A stretch of DNA of 64,000 nucleotides from Phoronis australis (lineage: Eukaryota > Animalia > Phoronida). The notes under the pieces are model-generated. The model saw only the letters and a program-made list of their open reading frames with translations, ran no database searches and was not told the DNA's origin. Numbering within the stretch: the stretch's first letter is position 1; each line of letters starts with the position of its first letter. Made by a program: the position numbers and the translations under genes. The stretch lies in assembly GCA_002633005.1 (NCBI GenBank), contig NMRA01000931.1, forward strand, positions 1-64,000, given 5' to 3'. Shown piece by piece: positions 51,210 through 62,166 of the stretch.

Positions 51210-51222
51210 ATGGACTACCAAG
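51210..51222 (+). CDS. AIF1: AIF1-like coding exon 1 (MDYQ+G), copy B (contiguous with the downstream exons)
   Basis: Identical 13-nt coding microexon with a gtaaat donor and CATAAATA at 51137. DYQGGKAYG matches the AIF1/Iba1 DLQGGKAFG N-terminus. Confidence 0.75.
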
Positions 51223-52106
51223 GTAAATTTTATTTAACGTAGTACATTTCGAAATATGCATTCCATTCATTAGCGGCGCTGCTTTCCCCAGTGAAACGGT
51301 GGCCGTCGACTATCTAGATTGCACGCAGTCCAAGTTTTTTTTTTTGACAGGCATGACCAATTTTGACATTTTTCTCAATTGTGTCTTCAAAATTGCAAAT
51401 TTGTAATAAAATCAAGGTTTTGTATTGCTGCCAGTGTAGAAATTTGCAATAGGATTTCAAACGCTAGTTTTCATGATAGCCGGTTTCATTTGATGATGTG
51501 CTTTTAGTGAGCTCAAGTGCGGCATGACTGAGACAGGTGGCCGGAGTCCGCCGACCCACGAATTCAGGTGTGCCTCATAGACTGTGTCAGTCCGCGTGTT
51601 TCCGCACTATCACTGACAGTATACTGTATCTCAACTCAGTGGAAACTGTGCCTTAGAGTTCAGAAACCGTGTGATTCCAAAATAGACCAACTCCAATAGA
51701 CCAATGCCAATTTAGATCGTAATTAAGCTGCTCAGTCAGAAATTAGGAAAGTTTTCGTTGTTTGAGGCTAGGTTCCAAGATTGGTTCTTTATATGTTTAG
51801 AACCATTACAAAATGGTTTCAACTTGTTCATCGGTGCTTATATTGACTTCCGAACTCAGTCTGTTGATTAATTGTTTTTACACAATCCTGGGCACCTTTT
51901 CGAAGAGTCAATAAATAACCTGAGCACAAAAGCTTGTTTTCCTGGTTCTTTTGATTGTTTTGGCCTTCAGTCGGCTCCCGAACCGTGACTCAAGCTGCCG
52001 TGTCTGATTTATGTCTTTTTGGCTTCCAGTTGGAGACAGATTTTCTTAACGTGATTTTACGAAACAGGCACCGGCCACAGACTCATGTAGTCGAGAAACA
52101 GTCCAT

Positions 52107-53446
52107 ATAGGCCTTTCTCAAAATTTATGCACGACTCACATTCCAATCCCAGAAGGAGGCTAGTACTGACCAGTCTACAGCACAAATAGCCAAAGAATAA
52201 ACCAAGTAATGTCACTTCATCAATATCTTACTGACTAAGAGTTAATAAGAAAGTGGCTAGTGAAGATTTGCAGATACAATGGGCCAACTTTGCAAGTAAA
52301 TTATGACACAATCTGATATCTTCTCTAGTCGCCTTACTCTTTAGTGTATCACCAGTGGCCGTGATGCTTGAATGGCTAGTAACTTTCAAGCACATCATTT
52401 CCTAGTAGCACTTTGAACTTCTCCAAAGTAAAACTTTATTATAAATGAATTATTTCTGGAATTTAAAGAAAATGACAAATTTTGAATGTTCTACTAACTC
52501 AGTCTCAAAACCGAGACTTAATTCACAGAGACTGCTTGTGTTGTCAGGCTGGACTAAAGACAGTCGTATAGATTTGTATATATTACAGAAAACTGCAGGT
52601 TACACACATACCCTCTCAAGTTCATGAATGAATCATATCACAGTAAAACAAGCAGTCATGCAATGATGCAAACACTGGTGTAACCCCTGACTTTCATAAT
52701 TTTTACACACTAAAAACCGTTTTGAACCTGAAAAGTTCAATTTCATGCACCACGTAGATATTCTTATAGTACACGATTGTATATATATATATATGAGTAG
52801 TATGTAACCACTTGCTGTATTGGAAGTTATACGATGGTATATTAGCAGAGTTGGCAGACCTGGGTGTATTAATTATAGTACCCTTGATGATTTTTTCGCT
52901 TTTCTGTAGCTTTAGGATTGCTGGAGAAAAATTTGTCAGAACGTTTCAATTGCTCAGTAGCAACAGAAAGTAGGAAAATATTGTCCTGGGCAAATCTACA
53001 GCCAAACTCACTGGAGAATGGTGACAAACTCAAAAAGTTCTTCACAGCCTTTAAAACCCTTGTTGGATATAGCTTCTCGTGGCTCAGTGACATGTGTATC
53101 GTCACCGTGGACAGGCTCAGAATATCAGATGTAGCTATACTAAATTGACTTACTAGAACAGGGGGGCAGTGTGATGGCTGATAAAATATTTTTAAATAAT
53201 AAGATACTCAGTGATAAGGGTTCAAAACTGAAAATCACTCCATTTCAGAGGAAACACGAAAAAGGTAACAAATAGCCAGTTTGAGAATACATGAAGATAG
53301 TCATTAGGCATTTCAAGGACAATTAATCAATTGTGTATACACTTCATATTCCTTGAACAATACTGGCTCAGTAAATCAATTGTGGACAGATGCATGTTTT
53401 AAGCAAACTTCGGAGGCCCTATTGTGAATGAATGATACCATACGTA
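52107..53446. mobile_element. ~1.34-kb insertion present in only one of the two duplicated copies; probable non-autonomous DNA transposon
   Basis: Absent at the equivalent site cagtccat|tgggcac (~48321). Imperfect TAG...CTA termini: TAGGCCTTTCTCAAAATTT (52108) and AAACTTCGGAGGCCCTA (53405-53421). No recognisable coding sequence. Confidence 0.5.
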
Positions 53447-54604
53447 TGGCACATCATGGCCAGCTGTGTTAAGCTAATTTATTCAGTTTAACTTAACGAG
53501 CATTAGCGGTCTGTCAATTCTTCCCAACCGAAGAAACTATCTCGTTCGGTAAAAACAAATTCGAGACACACTTTCAACGGGACGTTGTCTGAATGAGTAC
53601 AGTTTTGACTGATCAAAAAATGAAACGTCAACCCTCTTGCAGTAGGTCAAGCCCAGCTACGTCCGAACTTGAAATTGGAATGAATGAAGCTAGCGGTGAC
53701 GAAGCTTCCCATTCTTCGACCATGAGTTATTGGTAATCTAAGTTGTAGTATTAATGAAAAAGAAACAAAAACAATGGGTTTCAGCCAAATAGGATTATCA
53801 AAGATGACGCTGCTTGATGTACAGGCTTTAAACTTCTGACAAGTCCACGTTGGGAATTGTTTATACTGACAGGAAAAAACTCTAAAATGAATAAACTTTT
53901 GACCATTTTCCTGGTCCTGTTCTGGGAATCGATCGGTTACCATTAATCCTGATAGCTATACCGTTTCCATTCGTCCGACGGTCGGTCACGGGTGGCAGTT
54001 ATAATCTGCGCTATGATCTGTGGGTACTCCCCCGTACCTGTAAAGAAATGCATGTATACGTTTTAATAGTAGCGCACACTTATCCAAGATGGAACGAGAA
54101 TCTAAACCCCCACCAATCACACCCCAGAGCTTTTAAAAGATTCTCTACTTTCGGCGGTGCCGAAAATTCGCAGTCATACAAACTGAGGTTGAACTCAAGT
54201 CGGACCGAGCAAAAATAGGCAGAGCTAATAGAGGCGGGACACTAGCCTGCACACCTCAGCCAACAAGCAGGCGCCGTCAACAGGCCTCGGAGATATCGAC
54301 GCTGAGGGCACAGAAATGTGAAGCGAAATTTGTTGACTTAGACCTGCATCATTAGCTATCCAGTGTGAAAACAGACATTCCGGGAACGCATTTCCCCTGT
54401 CGTTGTTGCAATAAGGATATCCCGTCTGTTTCACACAGATTAGGACCAACACTTTGGTAAACAAGGAAGTACGTACATGCACAACAGAAACATCGCGAAC
54501 AAACTGTGATTCAATACAATCGTTGAACCCGGAAAACTTTCAGTGCCTGTCGAAACAAAATCTGCACAATGGATTGACGAGGACGAGGTTTTGGCAACTG
54601 AATC

Positions 54605-54667
54605 CATTTAAATACTTCAGTTACTCTCATACACATTTAAATACTTCAGTTACTCTCATACACATTT
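54605..54667. repeat. 29-bp tandem duplication
   Basis: catttaaatacttcagttactctcataca x2, plus cattt. Confidence 0.9.
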
Positions 54668-56505
54668 CGTACTATTGCAAGATCCGTGGTCGTCAGTCAA
54701 GTACGATCCCTCAACAAACAGTGCAATGTGACTATTAGTAATACAAAAATACGAATATAGAACATAGTTTGGGGAAAACGACCTTGAAAACATGACGAAG
54801 TGCCTTAATTTTACCCCAATGTTAAACATCAGTAAGTGGAATGAGGCGGTTGAATCATACCAGTTGTGTAAGATAAATAATACCGATCGTGTCGTGTTTA
54901 TTGTAATACTATCTTTTATATGTCAGTTATCAAATGACAAGAGAACAAAGTGTCAACCGAAACATTTCAAAAGTCAACTGCATTGTTTATCTACATTTTA
55001 TCATAGTCCTAACATATGCCCTGAGAACTTAAATAACCAGTTGAACAGTGTTGACGCAAAAAATCTTATTGATTAATCCGCAATCAGGCGGCTTGGCAAT
55101 AATATTGGGACAGACGTGTGTGTGATCATTGTGTTGATGAATGGCTGTGAAATCCCGAATAAAGGATTATTTTATATCGCAGTGTAATAGGATTTAAACT
55201 TGTCGCGAAACAAGAACTATATACGATGAAATCCACCTTTATCACGGTGAAACATCGAGAGATTCTCTTAATATAGACATCTGTAATGTGAATAACCACG
55301 CAGTTTCCCGCCACGCGTCGCTTCTAGTTAACTGTGTTGCGGAATAGATCGGACACGATTACACTAATTTTAGCACGCTTTTTGTGTTTTAAATGAATAT
55401 CAAACTATGACATTATATTTTGAACCAGACAGGTGATTTAATAATAGGACTGACGGACTTTAGTTTTAGACTTCGGATTCGGCAAGACAAACATTGATCC
55501 AAAAACTACAGATTTTGGTCGAAGGTTGTTTCCACTGCACATGTCAATACATTTATGTGTCTGTATCAGGAGATCCAGGTGCCGGTGCCGGTTATTTTTT
55601 ATTCCATCTATTCTTTCAAACAAAACCAGTTTGTCTATAAAACGGCCAATATTTCATGTTCAATAGTCCAAATTGAAACATGCAAATTAGCTACCAGTCT
55701 CAACTCAATTTCGTTCATGATATCCACCGAAAGTACGAAACAGATATTCACTGATAACCCTATCATGAGCTTGGACACAAATTTTTGTTCATAAGGTGTA
55801 ATCAAACCACCAGTTGGCTCTATAACTAAATCGTGGCCGGAAGTTCTGCAGTTATTTATCAAATGTTTTTAGGTTGCAAATTTGTTAAATACATTGCGCG
55901 TGATTGTCTACTTGTTGCATCAAAAGAAACAAATTGAAAAGTTTACTTTCTCCCTGTGAATCTTAATTGAAAATTTTGGGAAGAGTGTGAAATGAATTAT
56001 TAAACATTAGACCACTTGCGGGTTGTATGACGATCACCCGTGTAAACTTGAAGGTCCGTTTGTTCGGTCAAAGTAAACTCGATTGAACAGGGGGAGCTCC
56101 AAACAAAATACTTCTGTAATCTGAAATCTAGACATTGTTTCAGAAAACTTACACGTATTACCACTGATTACTTACATTCCGGAAATATGATAAGTTACTA
56201 AACAGAAAACATCAAACTGCTAAGAAAGGTTATGATAATTTTGATAAATGACAAATTAAGGAATGCTCTTTTCTTGCCATGTCAGATTCTACGGCAGTTG
56301 GCCTATGGCTGCTGACCTAGGGGTCCTTTTCACGAGCTCTTTCACATTTTATAAAGTAAATCAGGAAAAACATATTTTTTCAGCAGAGTTAATTAAATCT
56401 TTTTGGAATGATTTGAAACATGTAAAACTCACATGAAAACTGAAATATCTCTGAGTCAAAGAACAGCGGCACTGTGAAACATATGGGAAAACAAAAACAA
56501 CATTA

Positions 56506-56652
56506 GAGTGCAGCATGAAAACGACGTTTCGATATTAATCAAATACCAGGTAAAATAGTAGGGAACATTCCGTTAAGATATTTTGCTTTCCGCCTATTGT
56601 ACCTGATGATGATATTTGATTAATATCGAAACCTCGTTTTCATGTTACACTC
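56506..56652 (+). ncRNA. Inverted repeat containing a hammerhead-ribozyme-like core (Penelope pLTR-type relic)
   Basis: Arms 56506-56558 and 56594-56652 are reverse complements. The right arm has CTGATGA (56603), then t, stem GATATT/AATATC, GAAA (56628) and C-CTC-G-TT. Stem I pairing is not evident. Confidence 0.45.
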
Positions 56653-56889
56653 CAGCGTCGGTTTTGTTTTCCACTTCTTAGTACTTCTAATTTGGTCAAA
56701 ATCTAATACGAAATATGTTCTAAAATATGGTACGCGTAAAACATTTTCGAGAAATCGTAGACCTATTGTGGAATACCGCACATGGATATGTACACGTATC
56801 AAGAGTATTTAGAGAAGGTTATACCAAGTTATCGAAATGCTTTTATTAAAAGCAAATTACGTAGATGAGGGTATAATCATGAATTATGC

Positions 56890-57617
56890 TGGAAAGCCAA
56901 GGTGGAAAAAAATTCCATGACACAAAATTTCTATTCAAGATATAAATTTTCTGAAGAACCAGAAAAAATGAACCCAAAACCAAGATTTATCGCCTCAGAA
57001 CCTGTAATTTATAACGCCAGGAACAAAATTTAACACGTCAGGACACAGAATTAATACGTCGGGACACAGAATTATTACGTCAGGACACAGAATTAATACG
57101 TCAGGACACAGAATTAATACGTCAGGAAACAGAATTAATACGTCAGGACACAAAAGTGAGTACGTCAGTACACAGAATTTCTTGCCAGGAAGAAAAGTTC
57201 TTGCCACGAGTGCCATGAGAAAATTTCAAGCCAGGAGACCACGTGACAATTATGATCCGCTGCGTCTCATCACATTGGCTTCGATTGTAAAACGTGGAAG
57301 AGAAGAGAGAAATTCAACATCATTGTCACGATAATGTGACTGTTGCAGGCGAAGCATTGTGTACCTATTACGTCATCTATTTGAGGGGTGGGTTGCTCGT
57401 GGTTGGTCAAGTGGTCTCCTGGCATGGCATTTTCCTGACGTGAATTTTTCCTGACGTGTGAAATTTTCCTGATGTATTAAATTTTGGTCCTGACTTGATA
57501 AATTATAAGTCCTGGGGCGTAAATTTTTGGTGTCAGTACTTTTTTCTGGTCATGCAGAGAATTCAATTATTGGATAGAAAATTTGTGTCCTGGATTTGGT
57601 TCTGCTTTTGCTTTCCA
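56890..57617. mobile_element. Foldback/MITE element with long imperfect inverted arms and a 21-bp internal minisatellite
   Basis: Starts TGGAAAGC and ends GCTTTCCA. The arms align over more than 200 bp (e.g. gccaggagaccac / gtggtctcctggc). The left arm has ~7 units of TACGTCAGGACACAGAATTAA (57034-57180). The right arm is repeated at 58665-58870. Confidence 0.7.
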
Positions 57618-57924
57618 TATTGCTGATAACTAGAGAATCATAAGGCTACCTTTGCAAATCGATGTTGAAGGCATTTCAAAAGGGACAGTGTCGTTTTTGC
57701 GGTCGAATAAACGCAGTTTTTTGGTATTATTGTTGAATGGGAAAATACTTTTTGAAATAATTAACTGCGACCAGAGTAGGACACACTCAAATGTGAGGTC
57801 GGGGCCTTTTATACTTAGTACGGCGGTGGATTTGGCTCTGCGTTAGAGAGCCATGCGGCTTTTGTTGTGGAGTTGCTGGGCTGAATTCCGTGCTACTGTT
57901 AATTTTTGTAAAATCACTTGTCCT

Positions 57925-58300
57925 TTCAAGGAATTATTTAGACAATGGGTGAACAAATTTTATAATAACTCAACCGTATAAGTTATTTAAAACGGCTATT
58001 TGTCTCAGGCGTTTCCTCTACAAAGACGTTGTCAACAATGATGAAAACAAAAGAGTTGACGATTGACGGTATTGATTATTAAAATCGCTCGGTACGTGGA
58101 CGATACATCTTTTAGTTAACACGAAACTCCGGGTTCCTTGTCAGAGATGCTGAAAGTATTAGATTTCTAGGCGAAGATTTCTGGTTCGAAATTTTATTAC
58201 TATAAAAGAAAATTTTACTTGGATTGGAAATAAAAAAGTTTCCTACACAGGTCTGTCACAACAAAAACTCATTCGGAACAACCTGGGTTTTTGTTAGCAT
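57925..58300 (+). pseudogene. Degraded L1/Tx1-clade reverse transcriptase fragment, copy A
   Basis: Reads FRQWVNKFYNNSTV*VI*NGYLSQAFPLQRRCQQ*, then KIARYVDDTS (58093-58104 = YVDD) and LSEMLKVLDF*AKISG. These are RT motifs broken by stops and frameshifts. Confidence 0.75.
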
Positions 58301-59177
58301 TAAATTATTTTTCGGAGGTGTTTCATATCTGCTCCTTCGTGGTGTGACAAAGGCGCTGCAAACGTACACGCCATGACAAGTATTTCGGATATGTTCGCCA
58401 CTGTGCATGTCGGATGTAGACAATCATGGCATCTTGAACATTTCCGTTGTGCAAGAGACACACTTGCAAAGCAGCAACTTCTGCTGTTCTGTTAATAACG
58501 CTGAGAGGGCTAATTACAATACGTAACAGGTTCTCATAGGATTTCAACATACAGGAGGGTGCACATGGTTGTACAGTGGTAAGTTCAGAAATCTAGGTTT
58601 TCGCATAGACAGTGACGGAAACAACGCCGATCGGTTTTGTGATCACTGTCAACACACGCCTTCNTGGTCTCCTGGCATGGCATTTTCCTGGCGTGAATTT
58701 TTCCTGACGTGTGAAATTTTCCTGATGTATTAAATTTTGGTCCTGACTTGATAAATTATAAGTCCTGGGGCGTAAATTTTTGGTGTCAGTACTTTTTTCT
58801 GGTCATGTAGAGAATTCAATTATTGGATAGAAAATTTGTGTCCTGGATTTGGTTCTGATTTTGCTTTCCATATAGCTGATAACTAGGGAATCATAAGGCT
58901 ACCTTTGCAAATCGATGTTGAAGGCATTTCAAAAGGGACAGTGTCGTTTTTGCGGTCGAATAAACGCTGTTTTTTGGTGTTATTGTTGAATGGGAAAATA
59001 CTTTTTGAAATAATTAGCTTCGACCAGAGTAGGACACACTCAAATGTGAGGCCGGGGCCTTTTATACTTAGTACGGCGGTGGATTTGGCTCTGCGTTAGA
59101 GAGTCATGCGGCTTTTGTTGCGGAGTTGCTGGGCTGAATTCCGTGCTACTGTTAATTTTTGTAAAATTACTTGTCCT

Positions 59178-59560
59178 TTCAAGGAATTATTTAGACAATG
59201 GGTGAACAAACTTTATAATAACTCAACCGTATAAGTTATTTAAAACGGCTATTTGTCTCAGGCGTTTCCTCTACAAAGACGTTGTCAACAATAATGAAAA
59301 CAAAAGAGTTGACGATTGACGGTATTGATTATTAAAATCACTCGGTACGCGGACGATACATCTTTTAGTTAACACGAAACTCCGGGTTCCTTGTCAGAGA
59401 TGCTGAAAGTATTAGATTTCTAGGCGAAGATTTCTGGTTCGAAATTTTATTACTATAAAAGAAAATTTTACTTGGATTGGAAATAAAAAAGTTTCCTACA
59501 CAGGTCTGTCACAACAAAAACTCATTCGGAACAACCTGGGTTTTTTGTTGGCATTAAATT
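59178..59560 (+). pseudogene. Degraded L1/Tx1-clade RT fragment, copy B
   Basis: Same fragment; this copy retains YADD (TAC GCG GAC GAT, 59346-59357). Confidence 0.78.
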
Positions 59561-60721
59561 ATTTTTCGGAGGTGTTTCATATCTGCTCCTTCGTGGTGTG
59601 ACAAAGGCGCTGCAAACGTCCACGCCACGACAAGTATTTCGGATATGTTCGCCACTGTGCATGTCGGATGTAGACAACCATGGCATCTTGAACATTTCCG
59701 TTGTGCAAGAGACACACTTGCAAAGCAGCAACTTCTGCTGTTCCGTTAATAACGTTGAGAGGGCTAATTACAATACGTAATAGGTTCTCATAGGATTTCA
59801 ACATACAGGAGGGTGCACATGGTTGTACAGTGGTAAGTTCAGAAATCTAGGTTTTCGCATAGACAGTGACGGAAACAACGCCGATCAGTTTCGTGATCAC
59901 TGTCAACACACGCCTTCGCGCAATAAGTTAGGAACACCTCTCGCTGTGTTCATGCCATGACAGTTCGCCTTTCATCAAGTACAAGTTTCATCAATTCTTC
60001 GATGGCCATACCACTTTTTTCAATTTACAAACTGGTTACTGAGTTTTGCATGCTCAGAGGTACGTACATGGTGGCTGCGTTGGATTTGACAAATGCTGTC
60101 GCTGATCCAAGGTATTATGCGTGATGTAAACTGACTCCTGCCTGAAGTTTTTTTTTTGCTTAAAGTTCGCACATGCGCAGATATGAAACATCTCCGAGGG
60201 TTAAGTTGAGGCTTCGAAAATACCCGAAGTTTTCCGGGATGGACAAGCGTTGCGAACGGGGTGTTACTAAGTTTAATGGCGATGAATTTTTATACCCATG
60301 AAGACAAAAGGAAGCATGGTCTAAAAGAAAACCTACGATATTGATAAAGTGACCGTTCGTCATTTCAAAAATTATTCAATTGCTAGTTTTGCTTTCTTGT
60401 CAGTCTCGGCTGCTTTTCTGAAGTACACAGTTTGTTTTTAAAAATTGACAAAAACATTGAAAATTGGGGTCTTATTGCAATGGATCTTAAACATTTTAAT
60501 AGTGCTAAAAAAGTTTCGGTAATAAGATTTTTACGGCAAGATCCAAGTGGATATTGAGGCTGAGTGTTTTTTACCATATCGTGATAGAAGCGGTTTTCCC
60601 ACTGCCCTGCTGCATGAGCTGAGAAATAAACACCTCAATAGCATGAAAGGAAATGTTCGGTCGAGAGCTAATTATACTAATTATTCGTGACAATTATTTG
60701 GGCGATCTGTTTCCTTTTTAG

Positions 60722-60783
60722 GTGGGAAGGCTTATGGGATGCGCTTACAGAGACAGGAAGAAGCGCTTGACAGAATAAATCAA
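60722..60783 (+). CDS. AIF1: AIF1-like (allograft inflammatory factor 1/Iba1) coding exon 2
   Basis: Acceptor ttcctttttag|G, phase 1. Encodes GKAYGMRLQRQEEALDRINQ (human GKAFGLLKAQQEERLDEINK). Donor CAA|gtaggt. Confidence 0.88.
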
Positions 60784-61696
60784 GTAGGTATACATTACTG
60801 ACAGATCGAATGTACCTAGATAGCTAATTGTCACCAGTAAGTATGTACATCCGAATACCCGGTGGGGCTGCGTAGGGATTTCAGGCAATTATCTCTAAGC
60901 AGTCTGAAGGCCTTGAAAAGCCAAAGATTGCGTGAAAAGAATTCATTCGCGAGCAGAGAAGAATTACTTACACTCCATGGCCAACTGCAATCATCAGCTG
61001 AGCGCCGCGCTTCCTGAGGATTTCGACCCTTTAAGCTCAGGATCTCTCCACATGGTGGGCCAGCAACAGCTGGTCGATTTAGTTGCGTTGCAGTCGGTTA
61101 TCAATACCTGGCTCCCCCTTCCCTCCTCCATCTCCTTCCCTCCAAAATAATACGTGCAGTCCACGAAGGAACAATTAAGGTTGTCTGACTTGTACACTAT
61201 NNNNNNNNNNNNNNNNNNNNNNNNNNNNNNNNNNNNNNNNNNNNNNNNNNNNNNNNNNNNNNNNNNNNNNNNNNNNNNNNNNNNNNNNNNNNNNNNNNNN
61301 NNNNNNNNNNNNNNNNNNNNNNNNNNNNNNNNNNNNNNNNNNNNNNNNNNNNNNNNNNNNNNNNNNNNNNNNNNNNNNNNNNNNNNNNNNNNNNNNNNNN
61401 NNNNNNNNNNNNNNNNNNNNNNNNNNNNNNNNNNNNNNNNNNNNNNNNNNNNNNNNNNNNNNNNNNNNNNNNNNNNNNNNNNNNNNNNNNNNNNNNNNNN
61501 NNNNNNNNNNNNNNNNNNNNNNNNNNNNNNNNNNNNNNNNNNNNNNNNNNNNNNNNNNNNNNNNNNNNNNNNNNNNNNNNNNNNNNNNNNNNNNNNNNNN
61601 NNNNNNNNNNNNNNNNNNNNNNNNNNNNNNNNNNNNNNNNNNNNNNNNNNNNNNNNNGTGACTTATCCAATTACTCATAGTTCTCATCTATTTCAG

Positions 61697-61763
61697 GATT
61701 TTCTTGGTGACAAAGATTACGATGACGTGGAGGATTTAGAGGACAAACTAGAGTCTTATAAAG
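61697..61763 (+). CDS. AIF1: AIF1-like coding exon 3
   Basis: Acceptor tttcag|G, phase 0. Encodes DFLGDKDYDDVEDLEDKLESYK (human [22 protein letters not shown]). Donor G|gttttc, phase 1. Confidence 0.88.
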
Positions 61764-62124
61764 GTTTTCTTTCGATGTCGTCGTCTTTGTGTTCGTCGCT
61801 GTCATTATGAAATAACAGTGTTTTTCATGGGTGTTTGGTAAAAGAATGAATTTGCAGTTTATATCCGTTTGTAGAAACACAATGTTGTTATAATGCATAT
61901 CTGAATGATTCATCTTCTTGTAATCAAAGAGTGATTTTCTTTGAACAGGATGCTTGCTTGTGTCGATAGTGTTACTGAAGGAAAAAACATATGAGAGCTA
62001 CATTTTTACAAACGCATTTGTGAACATTCATATTTAATGTGGTGAATTCAAAGTCGTTTTAAATTTAATGCTTTAAGCTTTCTTGATTCCAAAGTTGTTA
62101 AATGCTCATTTTGTCTATTTTCAG

Positions 62125-62166
62125 TAAAGTTCGTGGAATACGATGACGATAACTCGGGCGATTTAG
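62125..62166 (+). CDS. AIF1: AIF1-like coding exon 4 (first EF-hand loop); the gene continues past the window
   Basis: Acceptor ttttcag|T, phase 1. Encodes VKFVEYDDDNSGDL (human EKYMEFDLNGNGDI). Donor G|gtatgt. No matching next exon was found before 64000. Confidence 0.87.

Larger units (their letters stand above)
45594..53834. repeat. Direct duplication 45594-48709 vs 49377-53834 around an N gap (48710-48957); probable uncollapsed haplotypes, containing AIF1-like exon 1 twice
   Basis: Near-identical copies with SNPs and small indels. Copy A ends exactly at the gap. Copy B has an extra ~1.34 kb (52107-53446). Confidence 0.9.
57412..59917. repeat. Direct ~1.25-kb duplication 57412-58663 vs 58665-59917, separated by a single N; probable uncollapsed haplotypes
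   Basis: The copies meet exactly at the N at 58664 and differ by scattered SNPs. Confidence 0.92.

Noticed and set aside
57034-57180. 21-bp repeat array as a CRISPR array, or the PDVLILC-repeat ORF as a protein
   Set aside because: The units are head-to-tail with no unique spacers, there are no cas genes, and the context is eukaryotic. The ORF only reflects the 21-bp period.
60960-61060. CTGAGGA (+) and CTGATGA (-) as hammerhead cores; also CTGATGA at ~63215 and in the 1577/1972 repeats
   Set aside because: None has a stem II followed by GAAA in the right order and spacing.
61154-61810. Long ORFs spanning N runs (also 22234, 22251, 48504, 48649)
   Set aside because: They are artefacts of the assembly gaps 22331-22391, 48710-48957 and 61201-61657. 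Only 61697-61763 is real coding sequence.
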